Assembly: GCA_038213805.1 (NCBI GenBank)
Contig: JBBQSO010000005.1
Span: forward strand, 46,237-110,236
Origin: Planctomycetota bacterium
GTDB taxonomy: Bacteria > Planctomycetota > UBA11346
Length of the DNA stretch: 64,000 bases
Direction of reading: 5' to 3'
Shown: in pieces, positions 9,596-17,618 of the stretch
How the letters are laid out: each line of letters opens with the position of its first letter
How positions within the stretch are numbered: the first letter of the stretch is position 1
Translations under genes and position numbers: made by a program
Notes under the pieces: generated by a model
What the model was told of the DNA's origin: nothing
The model's database searches: none
The model's input: only the letters and a program-made list of their open reading frames with translations

Positions 9596-10924
9596 TTACG
9601 GCAGGACGCGCGCATCAACCTCGGGCTTGGGCATGCGCAGCACCACCAGGTGCAGCCACGCGAAGCTGACGATCACCAGCACCAGCAGCACCGCGAACGG
9701 CGTCGAGACCAGCCCGGTCCACTGCTTCACGTAGCCGAAGATCAAGGGCAGGAAGAAGCCGCCGAGCGCGCCGAGCGCGCCGACCAGGCCGCCGACCGCG
9801 CCGACATCCTTGGGGAAGTATTCAGGGATGTACTTGTAGACCGCGGCCTTGCCGATGCCCATGCCGACGCCGACCAGGAACACCATGATGGTGAACGACG
9901 TGACGTCGAGGGTGATGCCGAACGCTCCCGGTGGCAGAGCCAGCACGCCGCACGTCAGCACCAGGCTGGTGAACACGCAGTACATCACCACGCGCGGACC
10001 GTAGAGGTCGGAGAGGTAGCCGCCAAGGGGACGCAGCAGGCTGGCGGGGAAGACGAACAGCGCGGCGAGCAGTGCGGCGATCTTGAGGTCGAGGTGGTAG
10101 TTCGCGACGTAGTATTTAGGCAGGGCCAAGGACAGCGCCACGTAGGCGCCGAAGACCACCACGTAGTACAGGCTGAAACGCCAGACGCGCATCTGGTTGA
10201 GCGGGCGCAGCGAGGCGCCGAGCGGCTTGCCCTTGCCGGGCACGCGGTCGACCGGCGACAGGAACCACACCGCGGCGGCCATCAGCACGAGCAGCACGGT
10301 GTAGGCGAACGGCACGAAGCGCCAGCCGCCGGGCACCACGCCGCCGATTAGGCCGACGGCCGGCACCAGGGCGATCAGCGCGGGGCCAAACATCTTGGTC
10401 AGCGACGGTCCGACGTTGCCTGCTCCAAAGGTGCCGAGCGCCAGGCCCTGGCGGTTCTTCGGGAACCACACCGAGTTCCAGGCGATGCCCGCAGTGAAGG
10501 AGTTGCCGGCGATGCCGACCAGGAAGGCGCACACCATGAGCATCGGGAAGGAGGTGGCGATGCTGACCAGGAAAGAGGCGACGGCCGACGCCAGAAGCAG
10601 GCCGGTGAACACCTTCCGGCCGCCGACGCGGTCGGCGAGAATACCGAATGGCAGGCGCCAGATGGCCCCGTTGAGCACGGCGATCGCGCCCAGCCAGTAG
10701 AACTGCACGTCGCTGAGCGCGAACTCCTTCTGGATGGGAATGCCGATGACCGCGAACATCAGCCACACCGCGAACATCAGCGTGAAGGCGATGGTCGACA
10801 GGGTGAGCACGCGCGTGCGCGCGCCGACGTCGGCCTGATCGATGACCGCGGCGGCCGGGTGGGTGAAGGCCGCTGCGTCGAGGGCGCTGAGCGGTGCTGA
10901 GGCTGACGAAGTGGGGGGTGCCAT
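9596..10924 (-). CDS. narK: NarK/NasA-family nitrate/nitrite MFS transporter
   Basis: About 12 TM segments. Conserved Arg in GAIWRLPFG and ASLLRPLGG. Nitrate signatures WFPK..QGLALG.FGAGN.G and GAVGGLVGALGALGGFF. Confidence 0.85.
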   Translation of the reverse strand: MAPPTSSASAPLSALDAAAFTHPAAAVIDQADVGARTRVLTLSTIAFTLMFAVWLMFAVIGIPIQKEFALSDVQFYWLGAIAVLNGAIWRLPFGILADRVGGRKVFTGLLLASAVASFLVSIATSFPMLMVCAFLVGIAGNSFTAGIAWNSVWFPKNRQGLALGTFGAGNVGPSLTKMFGPALIALVPAVGLIGGVVPGGWRFVPFAYTVLLVLMAAAVWFLSPVDRVPGKGKPLGASLRPLNQMRVWRFSLYYVVVFGAYVALSLALPKYYVANYHLDLKIAALLAALFVFPASLLRPLGGYLSDLYGPRVVMYCVFTSLVLTCGVLALPPGAFGITLDVTSFTIMVFLVGVGMGIGKAAVYKYIPEYFPKDVGAVGGLVGALGALGGFFLPLIFGYVKQWTGLVSTPFAVLLVLVIVSFAWLHLVVLRMPKPEVDARVLP

Positions 10925-11125
10925 GGGGGCTCCGCTGGTGGTGATTGACCCAGCCTAGCGGAGCGCGGCCTGCTCGGGAATGCGCGGTATCTGTTGAATG
11001 GGGTCACAGATCGGACTGCTCAAGAGAATCCTGGCGTACGGAGCTTCGCACCGTGTGCGCATCGCTGCAAACAAGTATTTGTCAGTTGCTTGCACCTCAG
11101 CTTCAGAGTTATTATCGCTGTGATA

Positions 11126-11141
11126 AGCAGCGGGCGTGCCA
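11126..11141 (-). promoter_or_regulatory. Sigma54 (-24/-12) promoter candidate for narK
   Basis: Minus strand TGGCACGCCCGCTGCT matches TGGCACG-N4-TTGCW with one mismatch, in an AT-richer upstream region. Confidence 0.7.
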
Positions 11142-11331
11142 GGCGAGAGAGCGTGAAATGGTTACGAAAACAGCACTACGGTGAGCAAATTCCGATCACG
11201 ACTGGCGACTGTTCCGCCATTATGACCCAGCGAAAATCGGAACAATGGGCCTGAGGAGAATTATCACAATTCTTCCGACGATGATTCGTGCAAAATCCGC
11301 TCAGAATGGGCCCTGGCCGTGAGTTCGCGAC

Positions 11332-12195
11332 CTATCCGACCGCTCCGTGCTCTGCTGCGGTCGCGATCCAGCCGGCAGCCAGCGGCGCGGTCGCGCAACC
11401 CAGGCTGCGACCCAGGTGCAGGGCCAGGCCCAGCATCAGCGCGGCGGCCTCGCGCAGGGCGGCAGCCTCATGCAGGCCAGCGAAGTCCTGCTGCGCGCGC
11501 TCCTGGAGAAGCTCGCGATGGCGCTGTACGAAGGCCATGGGCGCGCCCGCGCGCAGCCCCGGCACGGTCAACAGGTCCAACCACGCCGCGGGGATCGCCT
11601 CCGCCCGTTGTCCATCACCGGCCTTGGCGAGAGCCCGCCAGCGCGGCAGCACCAACGCGTCGCCGGCCGCTGCCAGTCCACCATCGATGACCAGCACCAG
11701 CGCGCCGTCGGCGAGATCCTGCATGACTTCCAGATACGCGTCCTGCACGGCCTCGCCGGGGGCGACGTCCTGGCCGGCGAGGTAGTCGGCGACGCGGACG
11801 AGCGGTAGTGCGACGACCTGCGGACAGCCGGCAAGACAGGGGAAGCGTCGGCCCTCATGCAGATAGGTCACGCGCGCACCGCGCCGCTCGCGGCCGAGCG
11901 GATAGAGCCTGCAGGCGAGGGGTCGACCGGTATGCACCACGCAGCCGCGCGCGGAATCGTACTGGCTGCACGCCGGCAGGCCGTTCCAGCCCGGTGCACC
12001 GCTGAAGCTCAGGCGGATGCCGCCGGCCTCAGTATGCTGGGTGCGGAAATCGTCAGCGGCCACGCCGCGCGCTGCCGCGAGGCAGGCCAGCTCCCAGGGG
12101 TTCAGCCATACCTCCTTACCGTGGCAGCAGGTGCCGGCACGGGTGCAGGTGAGCGGCAAAGCATCGTCCGCTGTCAAGCGCGTGGGCGCGCTCAT
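11332..12195 (-). CDS. YkgJ-family cysteine-cluster (Zn/Fe-S) protein
   Basis: CTRAGTCC ... CSQY....GCVVHTGRPLACRLYP ... CLAGC. Confidence 0.8.
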   Translation of the reverse strand: MSAPTRLTADDALPLTCTRAGTCCHGKEVWLNPWELACLAAARGVAADDFRTQHTEAGGIRLSFSGAPGWNGLPACSQYDSARGCVVHTGRPLACRLYPLGRERRGARVTYLHEGRRFPCLAGCPQVVALPLVRVADYLAGQDVAPGEAVQDAYLEVMQDLADGALVLVIDGGLAAAGDALVLPRWRALAKAGDGQRAEAIPAAWLDLLTVPGLRAGAPMAFVQRHRELLQERAQQDFAGLHEAAALREAAALMLGLALHLGRSLGCATAPLAAGWIATAAEHGAVG

Positions 12196-12226
12196 CGCGA
12201 CCCGCACCACCGCGCGCGTACCACCC

Positions 12227-13282
12227 TCACGGCACGGGCGCGGCCACAGCCTTGGCCGGAGTGGGGGCCGGCGCGCCACCGCCTGCGGCCGCGCGCTCGT
12301 GGAGGGCCTTCAGATCGCGGTAGTACGCGACGTCTCCGGCAAGCGCGGTGTCTCCGGGCGCGAGCGCGACGCCCTTCTGCGCAAGCGCGAGCGCCTCGTC
12401 GATCAGTCCGAGCGTCGCGAACAGCCGGGCGCGCGTGGCGAAGACCGCGGCATTCGCCGGCTCGACCTGCAGGGCATGGTCGCTGAAGGCGAGGGCGAGG
12501 TCGAGGTTGCGCTGCACCAGATTGTCGTCGCCCAGGCGCTCGGCGATCAGATCGTCGGCAGTCGCGGCGTCGAGTTTGTCGAGCGGGATCTTCATCAGGG
12601 TATCGCGCACCATCGCCGGATTCTTGGTGTAGTTGGCGATGGCGAGGCGCATGTGCAGGGCTTGGCCGTTGATCGCGTCAAGGGCGAGGATCTGGTCGAT
12701 GACCCCGACCGCTTTGTCGATCTGCGGCTGACGGCCGCCGAGCAGTTTCTTGAGTTCCTCTTCGAGCGCGGCGACCTTGCCCTGCTTGCCGGCGTCGAAG
12801 GTGCCGGCGACGACCTGCGCCAGCACCGGTCCCATCGTCATCGGATGGCCTGCCCACACCACCTTGCCGTCGGCACCGATCAGGAAGGCCTGCGGGATGC
12901 CGTCGCGACCGGCCATGTAGGCATCGTGGGTGGCTTTGTCGGAGAGGCCGACGCGGTAAGCCATCTTGTCGCCCATCTCGGCGACGAAGGGCTTGACAGT
13001 CGGCTCGTCCTCGTCGCTCAGGCCGATGATGCGCACCTGCTCACCGTACTGCTTCTGCAGCTCTGTAAGGTGCGGGATGGACTGCTTGCACGGCCCGCAC
13101 CAGGTCGCCCAGAACTCGACCACGGTGATCTTGCCGGTTACCGTCACCGCCGCGCCCTTGACCCAGGTGACCGAGGTCAGCGGCGGTGCGTCCTGGCCGA
13201 CGTCGAGCGCCTGCAACGCGCCGCCACCGCCCAGGCAGAGCGCGCAGAACAGGGCGAAGGCGGTGGGGATGGCTGGGCGCAT
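12227..13282 (-). CDS. Secreted TlpA/redoxin with C-terminal TPR-like repeats
   Basis: Signal peptide, VEFWATWCGPC, GIPQAFLIG..G.VVWAGHP, helical TPR tail. Confidence 0.85.
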   Translation of the reverse strand: MRPAIPTAFALFCALCLGGGGALQALDVGQDAPPLTSVTWVKGAAVTVTGKITVVEFWATWCGPCKQSIPHLTELQKQYGEQVRIIGLSDEDEPTVKPFVAEMGDKMAYRVGLSDKATHDAYMAGRDGIPQAFLIGADGKVVWAGHPMTMGPVLAQVVAGTFDAGKQGKVAALEEELKKLLGGRQPQIDKAVGVIDQILALDAINGQALHMRLAIANYTKNPAMVRDTLMKIPLDKLDAATADDLIAERLGDDNLVQRNLDLALAFSDHALQVEPANAAVFATRARLFATLGLIDEALALAQKGVALAPGDTALAGDVAYYRDLKALHERAAAGGGAPAPTPAKAVAAPVP

Positions 13283-13443
13283 AACGGGCTCCTGGAAGGT
13301 CATGGGGGATAGCCGCACGGCGTGAGGGGGACAAGCCAAAACGGGCAGGTCCTGGGCGCGTGGGATCCGCACGCCGACGCGGAGATACGCACCGCGACCG
13401 GCGCACGTTTGGCTTTGCCGGGCGGGGCGTCAGCATGCGCGCC

Positions 13444-14130
13444 ATGCGCATCATCCTCGGCATCGGCAACCCCGGGCGCGAATACGCTGGTACGCGCCAC
13501 AATTGCGGCTTCCTGGTGGTCGATGCCCTGGCGCAGCGCCACGGCCTGACCACGTGGCGCAAGGACTGGAACGCGGACGTCTGCGAATGGGCCGTGCCGC
13601 CGGCCCTTGGCGGTGGCAAGGCGCTGCTGCTGAAGCCGCGCTGCTACGTGAATCTCAGCGGCGACGTGGCGCAGGCAGCGCTCGCATTCTACAAGCTGCC
13701 GATCAGCGATCTGCTGGTGGTGGTCGACGATCTCAATCTCGCATTCGGCCACCTGCGCCTGCGCCCCGACGGCAGCGCCGGGGGCCACAACGGCCTGCGC
13801 GACATCGAAGCCAAGCTCGGGCCGCTCTATCCGCGCCTGAGGATGGGGATCGGCCGTCCGCGGCCTGGCCAGGACCAGGTCGGCTTCGTGCTTGGTGGCT
13901 TCGCCCCCGATGAGCAGGCCGACGCCCAGGCGATGGTGGCGAAGGCCGTCGACTGCGTGGAGGCCTGGTTGCGCGATGGGCTGGCCGTGTCCTGCCGCTT
14001 CAACGGGCCGCTGCGGCCGGAGCCGCCAGTTCCGCCGGCAGCCAAGACCGCGGAGCCGCCAGCGGTGGATGGCAAAGGTCCTGCACCGGAGAGATGGAAC
14101 AGGAGACGCGGAGACGCGGAGACCGGATGA
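13444..14130 (+). CDS. pth: Peptidyl-tRNA hydrolase (with low-complexity C-terminal tail)
   Basis: GIGNPGREYAGTRHN.GF, DDL, GSAGGHNGL, RLRMGIGRP. Confidence 0.95.
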   Translation: MRIILGIGNPGREYAGTRHNCGFLVVDALAQRHGLTTWRKDWNADVCEWAVPPALGGGKALLLKPRCYVNLSGDVAQAALAFYKLPISDLLVVVDDLNLAFGHLRLRPDGSAGGHNGLRDIEAKLGPLYPRLRMGIGRPRPGQDQVGFVLGGFAPDEQADAQAMVAKAVDCVEAWLRDGLAVSCRFNGPLRPEPPVPPAAKTAEPPAVDGKGPAPERWNRRRGDAETG

Positions 14131-14250
14131 GGCCTACGGAACGATGAGAAGACGCGGAGAAGGCGTCCACCGCGCGGGAGCGGGTAGCGCGGAGTCCATG
14201 CCGGCTCTCCACCTCCGATCTCCGCGTCTCCGCGCCTCATGTTCTCTCCC
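14088..14250. repeat. Inverted-repeat element, CGCGGAGA family (left arm inside the pth 3' end)
   Basis: gaacaggagacgcggagacgcggaga ... tctccgcgtctccgcgcctcatgttc. Same arms as 32026-32224. Confidence 0.75.
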
Positions 14251-14289
14251 TCGCTGACCCCGGACGCGGAAAGGTCCCCGGAAACGGAA

Positions 14290-14316
14290 GCACCCTCGCC
14301 TGGTGGGCGAGGGTGC
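14290..14316. terminator. Hairpin between convergent pth and rpmH
   Basis: gcaccctcgcc-tggtg-ggcgagggtgc. Confidence 0.5.
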
Positions 14317-14355
14317 GCAGCAAGGCGATCTCGCGGCCCGAAGGGCCGGTAGGAA

Positions 14356-14493
14356 TCAGCGCTTCTTGCCTTTGCCCGACGCGCGACGGCGCTGGCGGTT
14401 GACGATCTGACGGCCGGCCTTCGTCTTCATCTTGCGACGGAAGCCGTTCATCTTGCGCTGCTTGGTGGAACTTCTGCGAATCTTGAGGTGCAT
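14356..14493 (-). CDS. rpmH: 50S ribosomal protein L34 (not in ORF track)
   Basis: Manual translation MHLKIRRSSTKQRKMNGFRRKMKTKAGRQIVNRQRRRASGKGKKR*. GFR.+MKTK.GR...NR.RR core; GGAG RBS. Confidence 0.9.
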   Translation of the reverse strand: MHLKIRRSSTKQRKMNGFRRKMKTKAGRQIVNRQRRRASGKGKKR

Positions 14494-14583
14494 GACCTGC
14501 TCCAGGTGCGGGTGCGGGATCTTCCGCCCAAAGTCCCGCTGTCAAGCGGGTAGCAGAGAAAGGTGGGGGGGCAGGTGCGGGCG

Positions 14584-14734
14584 GCTGATGGCTGATGGCT
14601 GATGGCTGATGGCTCGGGGGCCAGCGTCGACAGGCGCGATCGGGGTGAAAACGTGACTGCAAAGGACATCAGAAACAGTGACCGGCTGCGCGTTTCGAGT
14701 CGTCGGCCATCAGCCATCAGCCATCAGCCATCAG
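14584..14734. repeat. Inverted heptamer arrays (GCTGATG)4 ... (CCATCAG)4
   Basis: Four exact copies at 14584-14611 and four reverse-complement copies at 14707-14734, around a ~95 bp core next to the mutM stop. Confidence 0.9.
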
Positions 14735-14740
14735 CCGTGA

Positions 14741-15562
14741 TCACTTCTGACATGCCCCGCACCACGTCGTCCCCCGTCCCCCCACCACCCCCCCCGACAA
14801 GATCGTCGCGCACACCGCGCACGGCGCTCCGGCGCGTCCGTAGACCTGGAAGTTGTGCTGGAAATAGCCGTCCTGGCCACTGGCGGCGCGGAAATCGCTG
14901 ATCGTCGAGCCGCCGGCGGCAATGGCCTCGGTAAGGACGGTGCGGATGTGCCCGACCAGGCGCTCGAGGGCTGCACGTGACACCCGGCCGGCGGCACGGG
15001 AGGGGCGCAGCCCGCTCCGGAATAGCGCTTCCTGGGCGTAGATGTTGCCCACTCCAACGACCACGCGCTGGTCCATGATCAGGGCCTTGAGCGCGACCTT
15101 CCGTCCGCGGCAGGCGGCGGCCAGATACGCGGGGGAGAAGGCCTCGGCATCGAGGGGCTCGGGGCCGAGTTCCACCAAGCGGGGGTGAGTGGACTCCGCC
15201 CCCGGAGCAATGTAGTCGAGCAGACCGAAGCGCCGCGGATCGCGGAACGCCAAGCGGCGGCCGTCGCCCAGGTGCAGGTAGCAATGGTCGTGGTCGCGCT
15301 CGTCGCCGGGCGGCGCCAGGCGCCAGGTGCCGGTCATGCCAAGGTGCGAGAGCATGGTGCCGGCAGGGGTGGCGAAGAGCAGGTACTTGGCGCGCCGGCG
15401 GATGGCGCTGAGCGCCTGGCCGGCGAGCCGGCGCGGCAGGTGGGCGGGAATGGGGGCGCGCAAATCACGCCGGGTGAGCTGGATGCGTGCGATCACCGCG
15501 TCCGCGCCGATCAGGCGCTCCAGGCCGGCGCGCACGGTTTCGACCTCAGGCAGTTCGGGCAT
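14741..15562 (-). CDS. mutM: Formamidopyrimidine-DNA glycosylase
   Basis: MPELPEVE start, RRAKYL, HLGMTG, DPRRFG, GVGNIYA.E, C-terminal CxxC...CxxCQ zinc finger. Confidence 0.97.
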   Translation of the reverse strand: MPELPEVETVRAGLERLIGADAVIARIQLTRRDLRAPIPAHLPRRLAGQALSAIRRRAKYLLFATPAGTMLSHLGMTGTWRLAPPGDERDHDHCYLHLGDGRRLAFRDPRRFGLLDYIAPGAESTHPRLVELGPEPLDAEAFSPAYLAAACRGRKVALKALIMDQRVVVGVGNIYAQEALFRSGLRPSRAAGRVSRAALERLVGHIRTVLTEAIAAGGSTISDFRAASGQDGYFQHNFQVYGRAGAPCAVCATILSGGVVGGRGTTWCGACQK

Positions 15563-15658
15563 GGTCGGGGCAGCATCGCGGCCGCTCCGGCAATGCCAGC
15601 GTAGCCCCCAGCAGATGAGGCATTTGCGCCCACCCGGGGGGATCGGGTACACTCTTCC

Positions 15659-17314
15659 ATGACCCCGCTCAGCACGGCCGTCCAGCCGCTCACCGTCGCC
15701 GAGATCGCCGATGCCCTGATGGGCGTCGAAAGCAGCGCCGCCCTGCTCGCACGGCTCGAGGACCTGCTCGCCCGGCTGGGCGCCTTGCCAGCGCGGGTCT
15801 ATCTCTTCGATGCTGACAGCGGCAGCTTCTATGCCGCTGCGGGTCTGGGCTGCGCCCGGGCCGCGCCAGAGATCCCGCTGCTGCGCCCCGACGCCGCGCC
15901 CACCCATCACCATCTGCTGCGCAGCTGCGGCGAGTGGGTCGGCCTGCTTGAGATCCTCACTACCGAGCCTCATGACCGGCAGCTGGTCGCGCTGCTCGCC
16001 GCGCTGCTCGGCCCGACCCTGATCGCCGTGCACCGGCAGGCCGGGCTGATCGACGAGGTCACCCAGCTCGGCCGTGAGGTGCGCGAACTGGTCACCGCCG
16101 GTGAACTGCTGCGCCACCTCGATGTCGAGGTGCTGCTGAGCCGCATCCTGGAGACCGCGATCTTCGCGGTGCGCGCCCAGGTCGGCGCGGTGCTGATCGC
16201 GGACGAGCAGGACCGGCTCACGGTCGGCGCCGCGCTGGGGCTGAGCGAGGAGCACATCGCCGCCATCCAGGGGCGCGACGGGCGCAGCATCGCGGCCGTG
16301 GTGCAGGACGGTGGCGTGGCGATCTGCGTGGGCGCCGACAAGGTGCGCGAGCGCCTCGATCTGACCGCGCTCGAGGCGCAGGGGGTCAGTCTCACCGGCC
16401 TGCTGGCGCTGCCGCTGACCATCCGCGGGCGCGGGCGCGGCGTGGTGCTGCTGGCCAATCCGGAGGGCGATTTCAACGCCGGCGAGCGGCGTATCGCCGA
16501 GACCGTCTGCAGCCTGGCCGCGATCGCCCTCGACAACGCCCTGCTGGTCAAGGGCACCCTCGACCGCGAACGCCTGCAGCGCGAACTCGACCTCGCGCAC
16601 TCGGTGCAGGAGCAGATGTATCCGGACGGCGGCCTGACCCTGGGCGGGCTCACCGTCGCGGGCAGCTCGCAGCCGTGCGACGAGACCGGCGGCGATTACT
16701 ATACCTATTTGACGCGCAACGGGTGCATGCTGGCGATGATCGGCGACGTCAGCGGCCACGGTCTGGGCGCGGCGCTCTACACCACCATGGCGCACGCGAT
16801 CATCCAGCAGCAGCTGCGCGCGGGCGCGGCGCTGGAGCCGGCCTTCGGCGTGCTCAATGAAGGCCTGTTCCACACCCAGAGTGGACGCTTCATGACCGCC
16901 GCGTTGGTCGAGATCGAGCCGCAGACGCTGGCCCTCACCTACGTTTCAGCAGGACACAACCCGTTGCTGTGGATCCACGCCGGCGCGGTGCGCTGGCTGG
17001 AAAGCTGCGGCATGCCACTGGGCATCGTCCCGGTCGGCGACTTCCCGCCACCACCCGGCGACCGCCTCGCCCCAGGCGACATGCTGATCCTCTACACGGA
17101 CGGCTTCGTCGAGGCCGCCAACGGCGCCGGCGAGGTCTATGGCGACGCGCGCTTCGCCGCAGCCGCGCTGGTCGCCTGGCGCGAGGACATGGGCCCCGCC
17201 GAGACCGTCGCACTGATCACCACCGAGGTCGACGTGTGGTCGGCAGGGCGCAAGCACGAGGATGATCTGACCATGGTGGTGGTGCGGGTGGCGGCGCCGG
17301 CTGCTGCCGGCTGA
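15659..17314 (+). CDS. GAF-domain PP2C/SpoIIE (RsbU-like) phosphatase
   Basis: GAF region ending AAIALDNA. GGDYY, GDVSGHG, SAGH, LYTDG, DDLT. Confidence 0.9.
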   Translation: MTPLSTAVQPLTVAEIADALMGVESSAALLARLEDLLARLGALPARVYLFDADSGSFYAAAGLGCARAAPEIPLLRPDAAPTHHHLLRSCGEWVGLLEILTTEPHDRQLVALLAALLGPTLIAVHRQAGLIDEVTQLGREVRELVTAGELLRHLDVEVLLSRILETAIFAVRAQVGAVLIADEQDRLTVGAALGLSEEHIAAIQGRDGRSIAAVVQDGGVAICVGADKVRERLDLTALEAQGVSLTGLLALPLTIRGRGRGVVLLANPEGDFNAGERRIAETVCSLAAIALDNALLVKGTLDRERLQRELDLAHSVQEQMYPDGGLTLGGLTVAGSSQPCDETGGDYYTYLTRNGCMLAMIGDVSGHGLGAALYTTMAHAIIQQQLRAGAALEPAFGVLNEGLFHTQSGRFMTAALVEIEPQTLALTYVSAGHNPLLWIHAGAVRWLESCGMPLGIVPVGDFPPPPGDRLAPGDMLILYTDGFVEAANGAGEVYGDARFAAAALVAWREDMGPAETVALITTEVDVWSAGRKHEDDLTMVVVRVAAPAAAG

Positions 17315-17510
17315 GACCCTAGACCCTAGACCATAGACCTGTGATCACGAGGTGGTTCCGCTTCAGGAAAGGTGTTCGCTCCAGGTCGGTCTTCTGGTTT
17401 CGCCATGTCGGAAGATCCGGCACTGAGCCCGTGAACAAAACCCCGGGCTGCGTGTCTTCCCTAGGGTCTAGCGTCTAGGGTCTGGCCGCAGGGTCTGTCC
17501 GCAGGGTCTG
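17315..17510. repeat. Inverted heptamer arrays (GACCCTA)n ... (TAGGGTC)n
   Basis: gaccctagaccctagaccatagacc starts directly after the TGA. ctagggtctagcgtctagggtc at 17461-17482. Also a direct repeat ccgcagggtctg x2. Confidence 0.7.
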
Positions 17511-17618
17511 CCCGAAGGACCACAGTCTGACTGTCGGGCATACACGGAAGGCAGCTGGTACTTGGCCGGCGACCGTGGTACGCATAGTTCCTGCATCCGT
17601 CAGCCGGAAAGGCATCCC

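Noticed and set aside
10925..11115. ANTAR dual-hairpin in the narK leader
   Set aside because: Only one plausible A..G hexaloop (gcAGCGATgc). No convincing second hairpin or terminator.
14741..16873. 710 aa ORF suggesting a large N-terminal fusion to MutM
   Set aside because: MutM needs its N-terminal Pro (MPELPEVE at 15562). The upstream part is antisense to the PP2C gene.
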